Position numbers and translations under genes: made by a program
Assembly: GCF_032116555.1 (NCBI RefSeq)
Contig: NZ_CP134949.1
Span: 434,001 to 498,000 of the forward strand
Length of the DNA stretch: 64,000 nucleotides
Direction of reading: 5' to 3'
From: Halorarum halobium
GTDB taxonomy: Archaea > Halobacteriota > Halobacteria > Halobacteriales > Haloferacaceae
Shown: positions 10,833 to 21,405 of the stretch, piece by piece
Layout: each line of letters starts with the position of its first letter
How positions within the stretch are numbered: position 1 is the stretch's first letter
The notes under the pieces: generated by a model
The model's input: only the letters and a program-made list of their open reading frames with translations
Told to the model about the DNA's origin: nothing
The model's database searches: none

Positions 10833-11792
10833 TCACTCCACCGCGACGGCGTCCAGCGCGTCCCGGACCACGTCGGCGCCCGTCTCGCTTCCGGTCCGCG
10901 GGCGGATGCGGTGGGCGAACACGGAGGCGACCTCCGTCTGGACGTCGTCGGGGACGACGTAGTCACGGCCGTCGACGACCGCGCGGGCCTGGGCGGCGCG
11001 GACGAGGGCGATGCTGCCGCGGGGGCTGACGCCGAGCTGGGCGTTCTCGCGGGTGTAGTTCGCGAGCCCGGTGACGTACGCGCGGACGGGTTCGCTCACC
11101 TCGACCTCGCCGACCGTGTGGCGGGCGCTACGGAGTTCCTCCAGCGTCGCGACCGGATCGAGCGACCGGATGGGGTGTTCGCCGGCGGTCCTGGCGAGCA
11201 GCTCCGTCTCGTCGCCCTCGGTCGGGTAGCCGAGCCGCAGCTTCTTCATGAAGCGGTCGATCTCGGCGATCGGCAGTTCGTACGTCCGTCCCGGTTCGAC
11301 GTCGTTCTGGGTGGCGATGACCGTGAAGGGGTCGGGCAGCTCCCGGGTGACGCCGTCGACGGTCACCTGTCGCTCCTCCATCGCCTCCAGCAGCGCCGAC
11401 TGGGTCTTGGGCGGCGCGCGGTTGATCTCGTCGCCCAGCACGACGTTGGCGAACACCGGGCCGGGCTTGAACTCGAACTCGCTCGTCTTCTGGTTGAACA
11501 CGTTCACCCCGGTCACGTCCGACGGGAGGAGGTCGGGGGTGAACTGCACGCGCCGGAACTCACAGTCCACCGAGCGTGCGAGCGCCCGGGCGAGCATCGT
11601 CTTCCCGACGCCCGGGACGTCCTCCAGCAGGAGGTGGCCGCGGGCGAGCAGGCCGACGAGGATGTGCTCGACGGCGGCGTCGTTGCCGACGATGACGCGC
11701 TGGACGTTGTCGGTCACCCGGTCCACGAACGCGGCGGCCTCGTCTGCGGGGAGCGACCTCGGCTCCTCGAGGTCGGCGTCGACGTCGCTCAT
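10833..11792 (-). CDS. MoxR-family AAA+ ATPase
   Basis: LLEDVPGVGKT, RVQFTPDLLPSD and DEINRAPPKTQSALLEAM motifs. Confidence 0.95.
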   Translation of the reverse strand: MSDVDADLEEPRSLPADEAAAFVDRVTDNVQRVIVGNDAAVEHILVGLLARGHLLLEDVPGVGKTMLARALARSVDCEFRRVQFTPDLLPSDVTGVNVFNQKTSEFEFKPGPVFANVVLGDEINRAPPKTQSALLEAMEERQVTVDGVTRELPDPFTVIATQNDVEPGRTYELPIAEIDRFMKKLRLGYPTEGDETELLARTAGEHPIRSLDPVATLEELRSARHTVGEVEVSEPVRAYVTGLANYTRENAQLGVSPRGSIALVRAAQARAVVDGRDYVVPDDVQTEVASVFAHRIRPRTGSETGADVVRDALDAVAVE

Positions 11793-12027
11793 TCGACGCC
11801 CGGACCCCCCTGAACCGCGAGCGGCTGGCTGTCGTTCACGTCCCCCGTGTCGGGCCGGCCGGAGGTAACTCTGCCGCCGATTCGCGGGGTGAACGGGCGG
11901 GCGATGGTGGTTAGCATCGGTGACGTCCTATTTCGGCTCCCCGATACCGCAGTGGCATACAGGTATTGTCGTAATCAGGACGCCAGTCCCGGGTCGAGTG
12001 TCTCGTCGGGAACTTCATCTCGTTCGA

Positions 12028-12240
12028 CCGCCTCGAAGGCCCGTGACCCCTTTCAGCCCCACCCACCGCACAGCCACACGTCTCCATTACCTCGGAGCGA
12101 GCTCCTCGGAACGCACCCTCGCATCGCTCGCGTGAGCAGCCGATTCGATCACTCCACTCCCTCCGGTCGCTCCCCTCACTCATCCCTCGCGCGCCGGTGG
12201 CGGACACGGAGGCCCGCCAGCCGCGCGCCAACCGCACCCG
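12028..12240 (-). repeat. Modular palindromic intergenic element (reverse copy)
   Basis: CCCCTTTCAGCCCCACCCACCGCAC core plus the TTACCTCGGAG...CGCGTGAG cassette. Confidence 0.75.
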
Positions 12241-12375
12241 CACGGCGTCCGACACCGTCAGCCCCGGAGCGGACGCGCGACGGACGGCCGTCAGACAGTT
12301 CGCAGTCGTGCGATTCTCGGGAGACACCTTTAGGTGCCTCCGGCGGGGAGACCCACTCGATTCACCGGGTGTGTC

Positions 12376-14568
12376 ATGTCACAGGGAGCATACGGTCAGG
12401 GCTTCGTTGAACGGGTCGTCGAGGCGTGCGACCGGGTCGAGGCGGGGCTCGGGCCGGACGCCGCGGCCGAGTCGGTCGCCGCCGCGCTGTGCGAACACCT
12501 GTTCGCCGGGGTGCTGGGCTACGACGAGTCGCGCTACACGCGAAACCGCGCGGTCGCCCGGTTCCGGGACGACGCCGGCCACGTCGCGGCGACGCTCGCG
12601 GCCGTCGGACGGGGCGGCAGCGTCGACGCCGCGGCCGACGCCGCGTTCGCGGCGGCGGGCGGCGAGCCGTACGTGCAGTACGTCGTCGCCGCCAGCACCG
12701 ACAGGCTCCTCGCCTACGAGCGCGTGTCGGAGGAGGACGCGGCGGACGACGCGGCCACCGAGACCCACCACGGCGTCACCGCAACGGTCCACACCGACGT
12801 CCCGCTCGACGAAGCCATCGCCGCCGGCCGCCGCGGCCGGCTCTCCCAGACGCTCCGCCCGGGCCAGCAGCTCGCGGTCGCCAAGCTGACCGCGCTCCGC
12901 CCCGACGAGCTCTCGGCCGCGGAACGCTACGAGGAGTTCGACGCGCCCGAGCGGCACTCGGTCGCCGAGGACGACGGGCTGGGCACGCTCGTCGGCACGC
13001 TCCGCGACTGCGTGACCGACGTGCTGCTCCCGGCCGTCGAGGAGGCGTTCACTGACGTCCGCGAGCGCACCGACGCCTACGAGGACCGCGAGGGGGCGCT
13101 CGAATCGGCCGTCGACTCGGCGCTGCGCGGCCCGGGCGACGACACCGCCGCGGCGCCCGCCCGCCTCCGCCTGCTCGACCACCGGCGCGGGGCCGACGGC
13201 CGGGCCGTCAGCGACCTCCGGGCCGTCTACGGCACCTGGGTCCGCGGCGCGGGCCGCACCGGCTTCACGCCCTCCGAGAACGAGCGCGCGTTCGTCCGCG
13301 TCGCCGCGTTCTCGCTGCTCGAGGAGGCGTTCCTCGTCCGCGTCGCCGAGGGGATGAGCCTCCGGGAGGAGACGCTGAGCGGCGACGCGGTCGAGCGGTT
13401 CGAGGCGTTCGCCGAGGAGTTCGGCGTCGAGCGCGACGCCGGCGACCTGCTTCTGGTCGCCCGCGAGTCGTTCTCGGAGCTGTACGACCGGCAGGCCCCG
13501 CCGCTTTGTGACTGGGCGCTCGACCACGAGGCCGTCGTGGAGGCGCTCTCGCGGGTCGTCTGGTACCTCGATCACTTCGCGTTCGACGTCGACGGCGGCC
13601 GCGCGGCTGCGGCGTACGACCGCCTGCTGAGCGTGCTCGACCTGCCCGAGATCGAGGCCGACGCGACCGACCCGCTCCCCGACGTGGCGCTCGACCGGAC
13701 GGCGTTCCCTGCCGAGCCGGGCGCGCTGCTCGACCCGGCGGTCGGTGACGGGCGCTACCTCGTCGCGGCCGCGGCGCGACTGCGGGCGAGCGAGAGCGAG
13801 GAGTCGGACCCGCGAGAGCGACTGCGGACGGTTCGCGAGCGGCTCGTCGGCGCGACGGCGGACCCGCTCGCCTGTCGCGTGACCGAGACGCGCCTGCTGC
13901 TCCGCCTGCTGGACGACTACCGGGAGGCGCGCTGGGAGGAGGCCGGGTTCACGCTCGAGCCGCTACGGCTCCACCTGACGGACCCGCTCGTGCGCCCCGA
14001 CGCGCAGACGACGCTGGGCGCGCCGGGCGAGGCGCGCGCGGCGGACCCGCTGGACAGCGAGGCGTTCGCGTACGTCGTGGGCGCGTTCCCCGCGCGGCTC
14101 CGGCGCGACGTGGCGGAGGGCCCCGCGGCGGAGGCGTACGCGGAGTACGACACCGCCTACTACACCTACGACACGTCGGCGCTGTACGTCGACCGGGCGG
14201 CCGACTGGCTCGCCGAGAACGGCACGCTCTCGGCGGTCGTCTCCGGGCGGTTCCGGGACACCAGATTCGGCGAGAAGCTGCGCGAGCGCCTCCCCCAGTG
14301 GTATCGCCTGGAGGAGGTACGCGAGGTGCCGGGCACGGCCGCGGGCCGGACGCCCGTCCTGCTCACGGCCCGGCGCTTCCGGAAGAACGAGCCGCTCGTC
14401 TCGGCCGCGGAGTACGAGCCGCCGACGTACTCCTTCGAGTACGCGGAGGGGCTCGACGCGGATTCGGTCGACGTGCCGGCGTCGCTTCTGGGCTCGGACG
14501 AGTGGGCGCTCGACGCCGCGCCGACGGTCGACGTGGACGCCGAGGCGGAGGGTAACACCGCGGATTAA
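12376..14568 (+). CDS. Type IIG/Eco57I-like restriction-methylase-derived protein with degenerate catalytic motifs
   Basis: LLDPAVGDGRYL (motif I-like), YVVGAFPA where NPPY is expected, and LYVDRAADWLAENGTLSAVVSGRFRDTRFGEKLRE (Eco57I-like). Confidence 0.7.
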   Translation: MSQGAYGQGFVERVVEACDRVEAGLGPDAAAESVAAALCEHLFAGVLGYDESRYTRNRAVARFRDDAGHVAATLAAVGRGGSVDAAADAAFAAAGGEPYVQYVVAASTDRLLAYERVSEEDAADDAATETHHGVTATVHTDVPLDEAIAAGRRGRLSQTLRPGQQLAVAKLTALRPDELSAAERYEEFDAPERHSVAEDDGLGTLVGTLRDCVTDVLLPAVEEAFTDVRERTDAYEDREGALESAVDSALRGPGDDTAAAPARLRLLDHRRGADGRAVSDLRAVYGTWVRGAGRTGFTPSENERAFVRVAAFSLLEEAFLVRVAEGMSLREETLSGDAVERFEAFAEEFGVERDAGDLLLVARESFSELYDRQAPPLCDWALDHEAVVEALSRVVWYLDHFAFDVDGGRAAAAYDRLLSVLDLPEIEADATDPLPDVALDRTAFPAEPGALLDPAVGDGRYLVAAAARLRASESEESDPRERLRTVRERLVGATADPLACRVTETRLLLRLLDDYREARWEEAGFTLEPLRLHLTDPLVRPDAQTTLGAPGEARAADPLDSEAFAYVVGAFPARLRRDVAEGPAAEAYAEYDTAYYTYDTSALYVDRAADWLAENGTLSAVVSGRFRDTRFGEKLRERLPQWYRLEEVREVPGTAAGRTPVLLTARRFRKNEPLVSAAEYEPPTYSFEYAEGLDADSVDVPASLLGSDEWALDAAPTVDVDAEAEGNTAD

Positions 14569-14697
14569 ATCGAACCGGCGTGTGGTGGTTTCTCGTGTGG
14601 CTCACCCGTTCTGACGTTACAGTGTGTCGGTCGGGAATCGGTAGTCGCCCGGCTGGTCGGGAGCAGGGGACGACTACTGCTGGCGGTGAGTAGGGCC

Positions 14698-14875
14698 ACA
14701 CCCACCCCAGCCGCCTGCGCTCCTCGCTCGCAGGCTCGCTCCGGTGCTCTCCCCTCGCGCGCGTCGACTCATCCCACGAAGGGGCTCGCGTCACGCGTTA
14801 CCCGGGACCTCCGGTCCCGTGACGTCACCATCGCTCCGCTCGCGTGACCGCCGACCGCCAGCAGCCGCCGACCGC
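14698..14875 (-). repeat. Modular palindromic intergenic element with 51-bp inserted cassette (14798-14848)
   Basis: Homologous to 3010-3104 and, inverted, to 26175-26390. Confidence 0.8.
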
Positions 14876-14993
14876 ACGCCTGCTGCCGACGTGGCCGCCG
14901 GGTGACACTGGAGGGGCCACGGCATCGGTCGCAGTCACGTCCCGGGCGCGAACGCACGAGGGAGCGCGGAACCGACCGAACGAGCGAGGGCGG

Positions 14994-16163
14994 CTACTCG
15001 GGGTCCGCCCCGAAGCCGGTCGACTCCGCGTCCCGCAGCGCGCGTTCGGCAGCCTCGTCGATGGAGAACTCCCGGACGACCTCCCCGTCGCGGATCAGCG
15101 GCTCCAGCAGCGCCTCGCCGTCCTCCGGCCCCTCGCGCCCGCGCAACCCGACGTGGTGCCCGCCGTCGGCAGTCCGATACACCTCCTTCGCGCCCGAGAG
15201 CTTCCCCCGTTTGGCCGCCGGCTCGCCGTCGACCTCGACGATGTCCAGCGCGAAGTCCACCGGGTCGGCGTTGCTGACGTGTCCCCCGACGCCGAAGCCG
15301 TCGGCCACGTCGCGGAGTTCGCGGAGGTCGTCGGGACCCAGCCCGCCCGAGAGGAACACGTCCACGTCGCCGAGCGCGCGCGCGTCGAGTTCCCACTCGA
15401 CCTCGCGGACGATGTGCCGGAAGTCGCCCCGGCGCGACCCGGTCGTGTCCAGGCGGACCCCCGAGAGGCGGTCGCCCAGTTCCTCCACCGCGCGGATGGT
15501 CTCGTCCTTCTCGTCGGAGTAGGTGTCACAGAGCGCGATGCGGGGCGTGTCCGCCGGAACGGCCTCGTCGAAGGCGCGCCAGGCGGCCTCCTGCTCCCCG
15601 CGTCCGAAGCAGATGAGCAGCGCGTGGGGCATCGTCCCCGACGCCTCGCGGCCGATGACCTCGCCGGCGGCAACGTGCGAGAAGCCGTCGAAGCCGCCCA
15701 CGAGCGCGCTCCGCTCGACCATCGCCGCGACGCTCGGATGGACGTGGCGGGCACCGAACGAGAGCAGGTTCGCCCCGGGCGCGGCGCGCCGGCACTCCAG
15801 CGCGGCGGTGGCGACGCCGGAGGCGTGCGAGAGGAAGCCGAGCAGCGACGTCTCCGTCCGGGCGAACTCGAGGTAGTTCCCCTCGATTCGCAGCACCGGG
15901 CCGCCGTCGAACAGCGTCCCTTCGGGGAGCGCGTCCACGTCGACGTCGTGGCCCGCGAGCAGCGCGGCGGCGTCCTTCACGCCCGCGAGCAGTTCGAACT
16001 CGCCGTCCGGGAACTGGTCGGCGGTCACCTCGGCGACGACGCTGGGGTTCCGGTCGGCGTGGCGCAGCGTCTCCTCGGTCCGGGCGAAGTAGGCGTCGGT
16101 CGCGCGGCCCTCCCGGATGGCCGCGGACGTGACGACGTCGAAATCGGGCGCAGGGGCGTCCAT
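14994..16163 (-). CDS. pncB: Nicotinate phosphoribosyltransferase
   Basis: ATDAYF, SFGARHVHP, GTMPHAL, VRLDT, SGGL, DGFGVG and AKRGKLSG motifs. Confidence 0.93.
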   Translation of the reverse strand: MDAPAPDFDVVTSAAIREGRATDAYFARTEETLRHADRNPSVVAEVTADQFPDGEFELLAGVKDAAALLAGHDVDVDALPEGTLFDGGPVLRIEGNYLEFARTETSLLGFLSHASGVATAALECRRAAPGANLLSFGARHVHPSVAAMVERSALVGGFDGFSHVAAGEVIGREASGTMPHALLICFGRGEQEAAWRAFDEAVPADTPRIALCDTYSDEKDETIRAVEELGDRLSGVRLDTTGSRRGDFRHIVREVEWELDARALGDVDVFLSGGLGPDDLRELRDVADGFGVGGHVSNADPVDFALDIVEVDGEPAAKRGKLSGAKEVYRTADGGHHVGLRGREGPEDGEALLEPLIRDGEVVREFSIDEAAERALRDAESTGFGADPE

Positions 16164-16293
16164 TGCCGGTGGTTCGCCCGGACGCGGGAAAAAATCACGC
16201 TTCCCGGCCGCGCGACGGGACGCCGTTTTCGGTCGGTCCCGCCCGACCGGACGCTGCCGTTCGTCGGTCCCGCCGCGGGCGGACGGCGTCCGT

Positions 16294-17934
16294 TCAGTCC
16301 CGCCGGGCGAGCAGCCCCGCCACGCCGACCGCGATGACGGCGACGAGGAAGCCGAAGCCGGCCCCGGTCGTCTCGGTTTCCGTCGTGCTCCTGGGCATCT
16401 CGTCGTTCGAGCCCTCGTCGGTGCCCGCGCCTGTGTCCTCGTCGGTGGCCGACGTCGGCGTCGGGGTCGGCGTCGCCGTTCCGGTGTCGGGCGAGAGCGT
16501 CGGACGGATCTCCTCGACCGCGTCGACGCTCGGTCCGTTCACGACGACGACCTCCGTCCCGTTCTGGACGACGAGGAAGGCGTCCTCGAAGGGGCCGCCG
16601 GGCACGACGTAGTAGCCCTCTTCGGTCTCCTCGACGTCGTGTGCTTCGAGCATCCGGAGGTAGGCGTCGTGGAACTCGGTCGCGTCACGCTCGGTGTCCC
16701 AGGTGGTCTTCCAGACGTAGCCGTACTCGGCGCCCTCGCCCTCGCCGTTGCGGTAGGGGAACACCCGGTCGTTCGCCCAGCCGTCGGAGGGCGGCGCGTC
16801 GTAGTTGTACACGTCGTACTGACCGTCGGTGTCGAACAGCGTCTGCGGGTTGATCGTGTCGGCGCCGTACTGTCTGGCCTGGTACCAGAACATCGAGTAG
16901 ATGGACGCCTCGCCGACGGTGTCAGAGCCGTTCTCGCCCTGGGCGGGGAACGTCTCCCAGCCGCCCCGCGCGGTGTCCTCGAACTCGATCGGCTGCGGTT
17001 CCTCGTCGGTGGCGTGGATGATCTGCTCGGAGGAGCGCGGCGGGTTCCGGAAGCGCTCGTCGAAGGCCGCCCAGCCGCCCTCCTCCACGACGTCGCTCAC
17101 GTACACCGGGCCGTCCGAGTACGGGTTGAAGATGGTGAGCAGCACGCCCAGGTTGGGCTGGCCACCGCCGGCCGCGGGGCCACCGGGCGTCTCCACGCAG
17201 TCCCACTCCTCGCCGCAGCGCTGGGAGTAGCGCGCCTCGACGTAGTTCGCCTCGCCCTCGACGACGCCGTTGACGCCCAGATCACCGTCCTGTGTTCGTG
17301 CGCGGTAGGTCGCGTTCGTCAGGTCGTACCGCTGGTCCTGGAGCGCGTGGACCAGTTCGTGGATGAGCGTCGCGTTGCTCACCGTCGGCGACTCCGGCGT
17401 CGACGTGATGATCTTGATCTGGTCGTCCGCGGGCGAGTAGAAGCCCGCGACCGAGGAGCCGGACGTCTCGCTGAGCGCGGTCGCGGAGCTGGTGTCCTCG
17501 CCGACGATGAACAGCGACTCCCACACCTGGTCGTTCCAGCGGTTGAACTCCGGCCGGTCGGAGGCGTTCGCCGCCGTCCGGTTGCGGTAGTCCTGCCGGG
17601 AGATGATCTCGACGGGGACCGTGCCGTTGAACTCCGCCTCGCGGACGTACTCGACGCGCGCCATCGACCGCGCGACGAACGTCTCCAGTTCGGCGTCAGT
17701 CAGCCCGTCGGACTGGTTCACCTCGATGCTCTCGTTGTGCCAGATTCCGTCCTCCCACCCGATCGTGTCGTTCTCCGGGTCCGGCGGGGCGTCCGTCCCG
17801 GCGGCCGGCTGTGCGGCCCGCGCCTCGCCGGGCGCAGCCGCCGCTGCGGGCGCGACCGCCCCGACCAGCAGCAGCACGGCGAGTGCAATCGCACCGAACC
17901 GCCGAACTCGGGCCGGCGGGGAGGAACGTCGCAT
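16294..17934 (-). CDS. Hvo_1808-like secreted surface protein with HEXXH motif and PGF-like C-terminal anchor
   Basis: Signal peptide, HELVHALQDQ...VEGEANY, Thr-rich linker, AGFG + TM + RR. Confidence 0.82.
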   Translation of the reverse strand: MRRSSPPARVRRFGAIALAVLLLVGAVAPAAAAAPGEARAAQPAAGTDAPPDPENDTIGWEDGIWHNESIEVNQSDGLTDAELETFVARSMARVEYVREAEFNGTVPVEIISRQDYRNRTAANASDRPEFNRWNDQVWESLFIVGEDTSSATALSETSGSSVAGFYSPADDQIKIITSTPESPTVSNATLIHELVHALQDQRYDLTNATYRARTQDGDLGVNGVVEGEANYVEARYSQRCGEEWDCVETPGGPAAGGGQPNLGVLLTIFNPYSDGPVYVSDVVEEGGWAAFDERFRNPPRSSEQIIHATDEEPQPIEFEDTARGGWETFPAQGENGSDTVGEASIYSMFWYQARQYGADTINPQTLFDTDGQYDVYNYDAPPSDGWANDRVFPYRNGEGEGAEYGYVWKTTWDTERDATEFHDAYLRMLEAHDVEETEEGYYVVPGGPFEDAFLVVQNGTEVVVVNGPSVDAVEEIRPTLSPDTGTATPTPTPTSATDEDTGAGTDEGSNDEMPRSTTETETTGAGFGFLVAVIAVGVAGLLARRD

Positions 17935-18022
17935 ACGTCGGCATGGGACCCCGGGTAAAAGTACCTTGTCCGACCTTCTCGCCGGCCGAGCCCTTTTCGT
18001 CGTCCCCGCCCAGGACCCACGT

Positions 18023-18607
18023 ATGTCGTCGCCCTCACCGTTCGATCCCGACGCGACCGCCGTCGTCGTGGTGGACATGCAGAACGGCTTCTGTCACCCC
18101 GACGGCAGCCTCCACGCCGAGCCGAGCGAGACGGCCATCGACCCCGTGTCGACGCTCGTCGAGCGTGCGAGCGACGCCGGCGCGCCGGTCGTCTACACCC
18201 GCGACGTCCACCCGCCGGAGCAGTTCGAGGACGCCCACTACTACGACGAGTTCGAACGCTGGGGTGAGCACGTCGTCGAGGGCTCGTGGGAGGCCGAACT
18301 GATCGACGACCTGCCGACCGACGAGGCCGCCCACGTCGTCGAGAAGCACACCTACGACGCCTTCTACCGGACGAACCTGGAGGGCTGGCTCGACACGCAC
18401 GGGATCGAGGACCTGGTCATCTGCGGGACGCTCGCCAACGTCTGCGTCCTCCACACCGCGGGGTCGGCGGGGCTGCGCGACTATCGGCCGGTCGTGGTGT
18501 CGGACGCGCTCGGCTTCATCACCGAGGACCACCGGGACTACGCGGTCGAGCACGCCGACTGGCTGTTCGGGGAGACCGTCGAGCTGGGGGACGTTTCGTT
18601 CGACTGA
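18023..18607 (+). CDS. Nicotinamidase / isochorismatase-family cysteine hydrolase
   Basis: VVDMQNGF, EKHTYDAF and GTLANVCV motifs; near pncB. Confidence 0.88.
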   Translation: MSSPSPFDPDATAVVVVDMQNGFCHPDGSLHAEPSETAIDPVSTLVERASDAGAPVVYTRDVHPPEQFEDAHYYDEFERWGEHVVEGSWEAELIDDLPTDEAAHVVEKHTYDAFYRTNLEGWLDTHGIEDLVICGTLANVCVLHTAGSAGLRDYRPVVVSDALGFITEDHRDYAVEHADWLFGETVELGDVSFD

Positions 18608-18671
18608 ACCTGATCGAGTTCTCCGTGGTTATTGGCTGATCTTTCGAGTGGCGGTGTGAGTGCGGCGTTCG

Positions 18672-19195
18672 TTTCGAAAGCCCCCGCGGCTGTCGGCTCG
18701 GTGCGGCCGCTGTGCTCCTCGGCTCGCTCCCTCCGGTCGCTCGCCTGCGGTGCTTGACGGTCCGCGCCTGCGCCGACGTACGGGAGAGCGTGCTCTCCCG
18801 AATTCACGGGCGCAAGCGCCCGTGAACGCCGCGGCCCCGGTCAGTCCCACCCACCGCACGGCACCGTGCCATCCCCAGCCGACGAGGCCCCTCCCTGCGG
18901 TCGGGACCTCGCCTTCCCTCGGAGCACGCTCCTCGGAACTCACCCTCGTGGTTCGAAAGACGCCAGGGCGTCTTTCGTCAGTACGGGAAACCGACGGTTC
19001 CCCGTCAGCGGTCGGATTCCGTCGGAATCCGACGGCATCACGAAACTCTTCGATTTTCGAACGACTCCGCTCGCGTGAATAGCCTCCTGTGCTCCTCGCG
19101 TGCGCTCGCTCCGCTTGGCCGTTCACGAGACGCACGGCGTCTCGTGAGCTCACGAGAGCAACGCTCTCGTGAACGCCGCGCGCCAGCCGGCTGAT
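18672..19195 (-). repeat. Modular palindromic intergenic element with three nested cassette levels
   Basis: Shares modules with 59310-59722, 26175-26455 and 2933-3104. Confidence 0.85.
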
Positions 19196-19357
19196 CCCCG
19201 ACACCCCTCCCGGTGGCGAAGGTTCAAATCGGAGAACGGGACCACCCCACCCGTGCGGTGAATCACGCCCGGGGCGGGCAGCGGTAGCGCGACGCCGACG
19301 CCCCGTGGGCCGCGGTGGCGTCGCCTGTTCGCCAGTCCTGAGCCGCGGCTCCGTTCG

Positions 19358-19903
19358 CTACTCCTCGTCGGCGGACGGTCCGTCGTCGCCGCCCGTCTCC
19401 TCGCGTTCCTCGTCGTCGAACCCGCCGGGCAGGAGGTTGTCCGGCTCCTCCTGGGAGAAGACGACGCGCTGGGAGTCGTCGAGCGGCCGGAGGAACGTCC
19501 GCATCTCGCCGCGTGCGGCGACGCGTTTCAGCATCTCGTTCGCCTCGCGGCGCGCGTAGTACAGCGGAAACACGACGACGAGCCCCTCGTCGGGCGCCTT
19601 CATCGCGACCACGAGAAAGACGACGTCGGCCTCCTCCCCGCGGTAGGCGTCGTACTCGTCGAACGCCGCGTCCTCGACTAGCTCCTCCAGCTCCCGGAAC
19701 TCGTCGCCGGGGAGCAGCACGTCGAGCCCCATGCGATCCGACTCGACCCGCGCCGAGGCGGTCGGGAGCGCCGTCACGTCGCCCGGGTGGAGCTCCAGCG
19801 CCTCCCAGCCGGCGTCGCGGTACTCGGCTGCGGTCGCCTCCATGTCTTCCCTGACCGCGTCCCAGCGATCCTCGACGCCAGAGAGCGGGTGACTACCGGC
19901 CAT
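19358..19903 (-). CDS. Hypothetical protein (acidic, haloarchaeal type)
   Basis: Acidic, codon-biased ORF; ATG at 19903. Confidence 0.75.
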   Translation of the reverse strand: MAGSHPLSGVEDRWDAVREDMEATAAEYRDAGWEALELHPGDVTALPTASARVESDRMGLDVLLPGDEFRELEELVEDAAFDEYDAYRGEEADVVFLVVAMKAPDEGLVVVFPLYYARREANEMLKRVAARGEMRTFLRPLDDSQRVVFSQEEPDNLLPGGFDDEEREETGGDDGPSADEE

Positions 19904-19952
19904 GGGCGTGGTTCGGGGCGCGGCGGGTGAAAACGGTTGCCTTCGGCCCGGC

Positions 19953-21290
19953 TCAGCGGCGGACGTTCCGACCCACGGCGTCACCGAACGCTTCCTCGCC
20001 GCGCTCGTCCACCTCGTCGCGTCCGTCCACCTCGCCGCCTCCCCCACGAGCGTCCCGACCGTCGTACACCACGGTCCCGCGAACCAGCGTCAGCGACGGG
20101 AACACTCCCGTGAACCCCTCGAACGGCGTCCAGCCGCAGTTCGAGTGGAGGTCCTCGCCGCGGATCCGCCGGGCGTCGTCCAGATCGACCAGCACGAGGT
20201 CGGCGTCCCGGCCCCCCTCGATCCGGCCTTTCCGCGGGAGGTCGAAGATCTGGGCTGGGTTCGCCGCGGTCAGGTCGCGGACGCGCTCGAGCCCCAGGCG
20301 GCCCTCGCGGACCTCGTTCAGCAGGAGCGGCAGCATCGTCTCGACGCCCGGCACGCCCGACGGCGCGTCCCAGACGCTCGCGTCCTTCTCTGCGCGGGTG
20401 TGGGGGGCGTGGTCGGTGGCGACGACGTCGACCGTGCCGTCGCGGACGCGCTCGACGAGTGCCTCCCGGCACGACTCGTCACGCAACGGCGGGTTCATCC
20501 GCCCGAACGTGCCCAGTTCCGGGAGGTCATCGCGCGAGAGGAACAGGTGGTGGGGCGTCACCTCGCAGGTCGCGCCCGCGTCGCTCGCCGCGTCGACCCC
20601 CTCCGGCGTCGAGGTGTGCGCGATGTGGACGTCGGCCTCCGAGTCCGCTCCAACGTCAAGGGCGCGTTCGACGGCGGCGGCCTCGGCCTCCGGAGTCCGG
20701 AAGGCGCTCCAGGCGTCGGGATCGTCGCGGGCTTTCACACTCTCGTCGAACAGGTCGGCGTCCTCCGCGTGGACGGTCACGGTCACGTCGTGTGCTGCCG
20801 CCCGCGCGACGGCGTCGGCGAACAGGTCCGCCTCGATGCCCATGTCGCCCGTCGAGTCCGCGAGGAACACCTCACCGAGCGCGAACAGCGGCCGGTCGAA
20901 CAGCGAGTCGGGGTCCCAGTCGGCCGTGACGCCGCCGTTGAGCCCGTAGTCGACCAGGGAGTCGGCCGCGAGGTCGGCCTTCCGGTCGAACGAAGCGCCG
21001 GAGGTGGTCGGCGGGTCGGTGTTCGGCTGGTCGACGACGGTCGTCACCCCGCCCGCCGCCGCCGAGCGCGACCCGGTCGTCCAGTCCTCCTTGTGTGAAA
21101 AGCCGGGCTCCCGGAAGTGGACGTGGACGTCGATGGCGCCCGGAAGGAGGTGGAACCGTCCGGCGTCGACGACCGACCCGCCGTTCTCCGGGTCGAGCGC
21201 CCCGCCGTCAGCGACCTCGGCGATCTCCCCATCGGCGACGCGAACGTCCCGGACCCGGCCGTCCGCGAGCGTGGCCTGCTGAAACAGCAT
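19953..21290 (-). CDS. pyrC: Dihydroorotase
   Basis: PGAIDVHVHFREPG, DQPNT, HAED, EVTPHHL, MNPPLR and ATDHAPH motifs. Confidence 0.92.
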   Translation of the reverse strand: MLFQQATLADGRVRDVRVADGEIAEVADGGALDPENGGSVVDAGRFHLLPGAIDVHVHFREPGFSHKEDWTTGSRSAAAGGVTTVVDQPNTDPPTTSGASFDRKADLAADSLVDYGLNGGVTADWDPDSLFDRPLFALGEVFLADSTGDMGIEADLFADAVARAAAHDVTVTVHAEDADLFDESVKARDDPDAWSAFRTPEAEAAAVERALDVGADSEADVHIAHTSTPEGVDAASDAGATCEVTPHHLFLSRDDLPELGTFGRMNPPLRDESCREALVERVRDGTVDVVATDHAPHTRAEKDASVWDAPSGVPGVETMLPLLLNEVREGRLGLERVRDLTAANPAQIFDLPRKGRIEGGRDADLVLVDLDDARRIRGEDLHSNCGWTPFEGFTGVFPSLTLVRGTVVYDGRDARGGGGEVDGRDEVDERGEEAFGDAVGRNVRR

Positions 21291-21405
21291 TTGCCCGGAC
21301 TGGGCGACGGCGGGTGGTAAGTGCCGCGGTCAGTCTCGACTGGCGGCTTGCTCGGAATGGCGATGCCGAAATCGCCCCGGCAGCAGCCGTCCACTTTGCG
21401 GGAAA

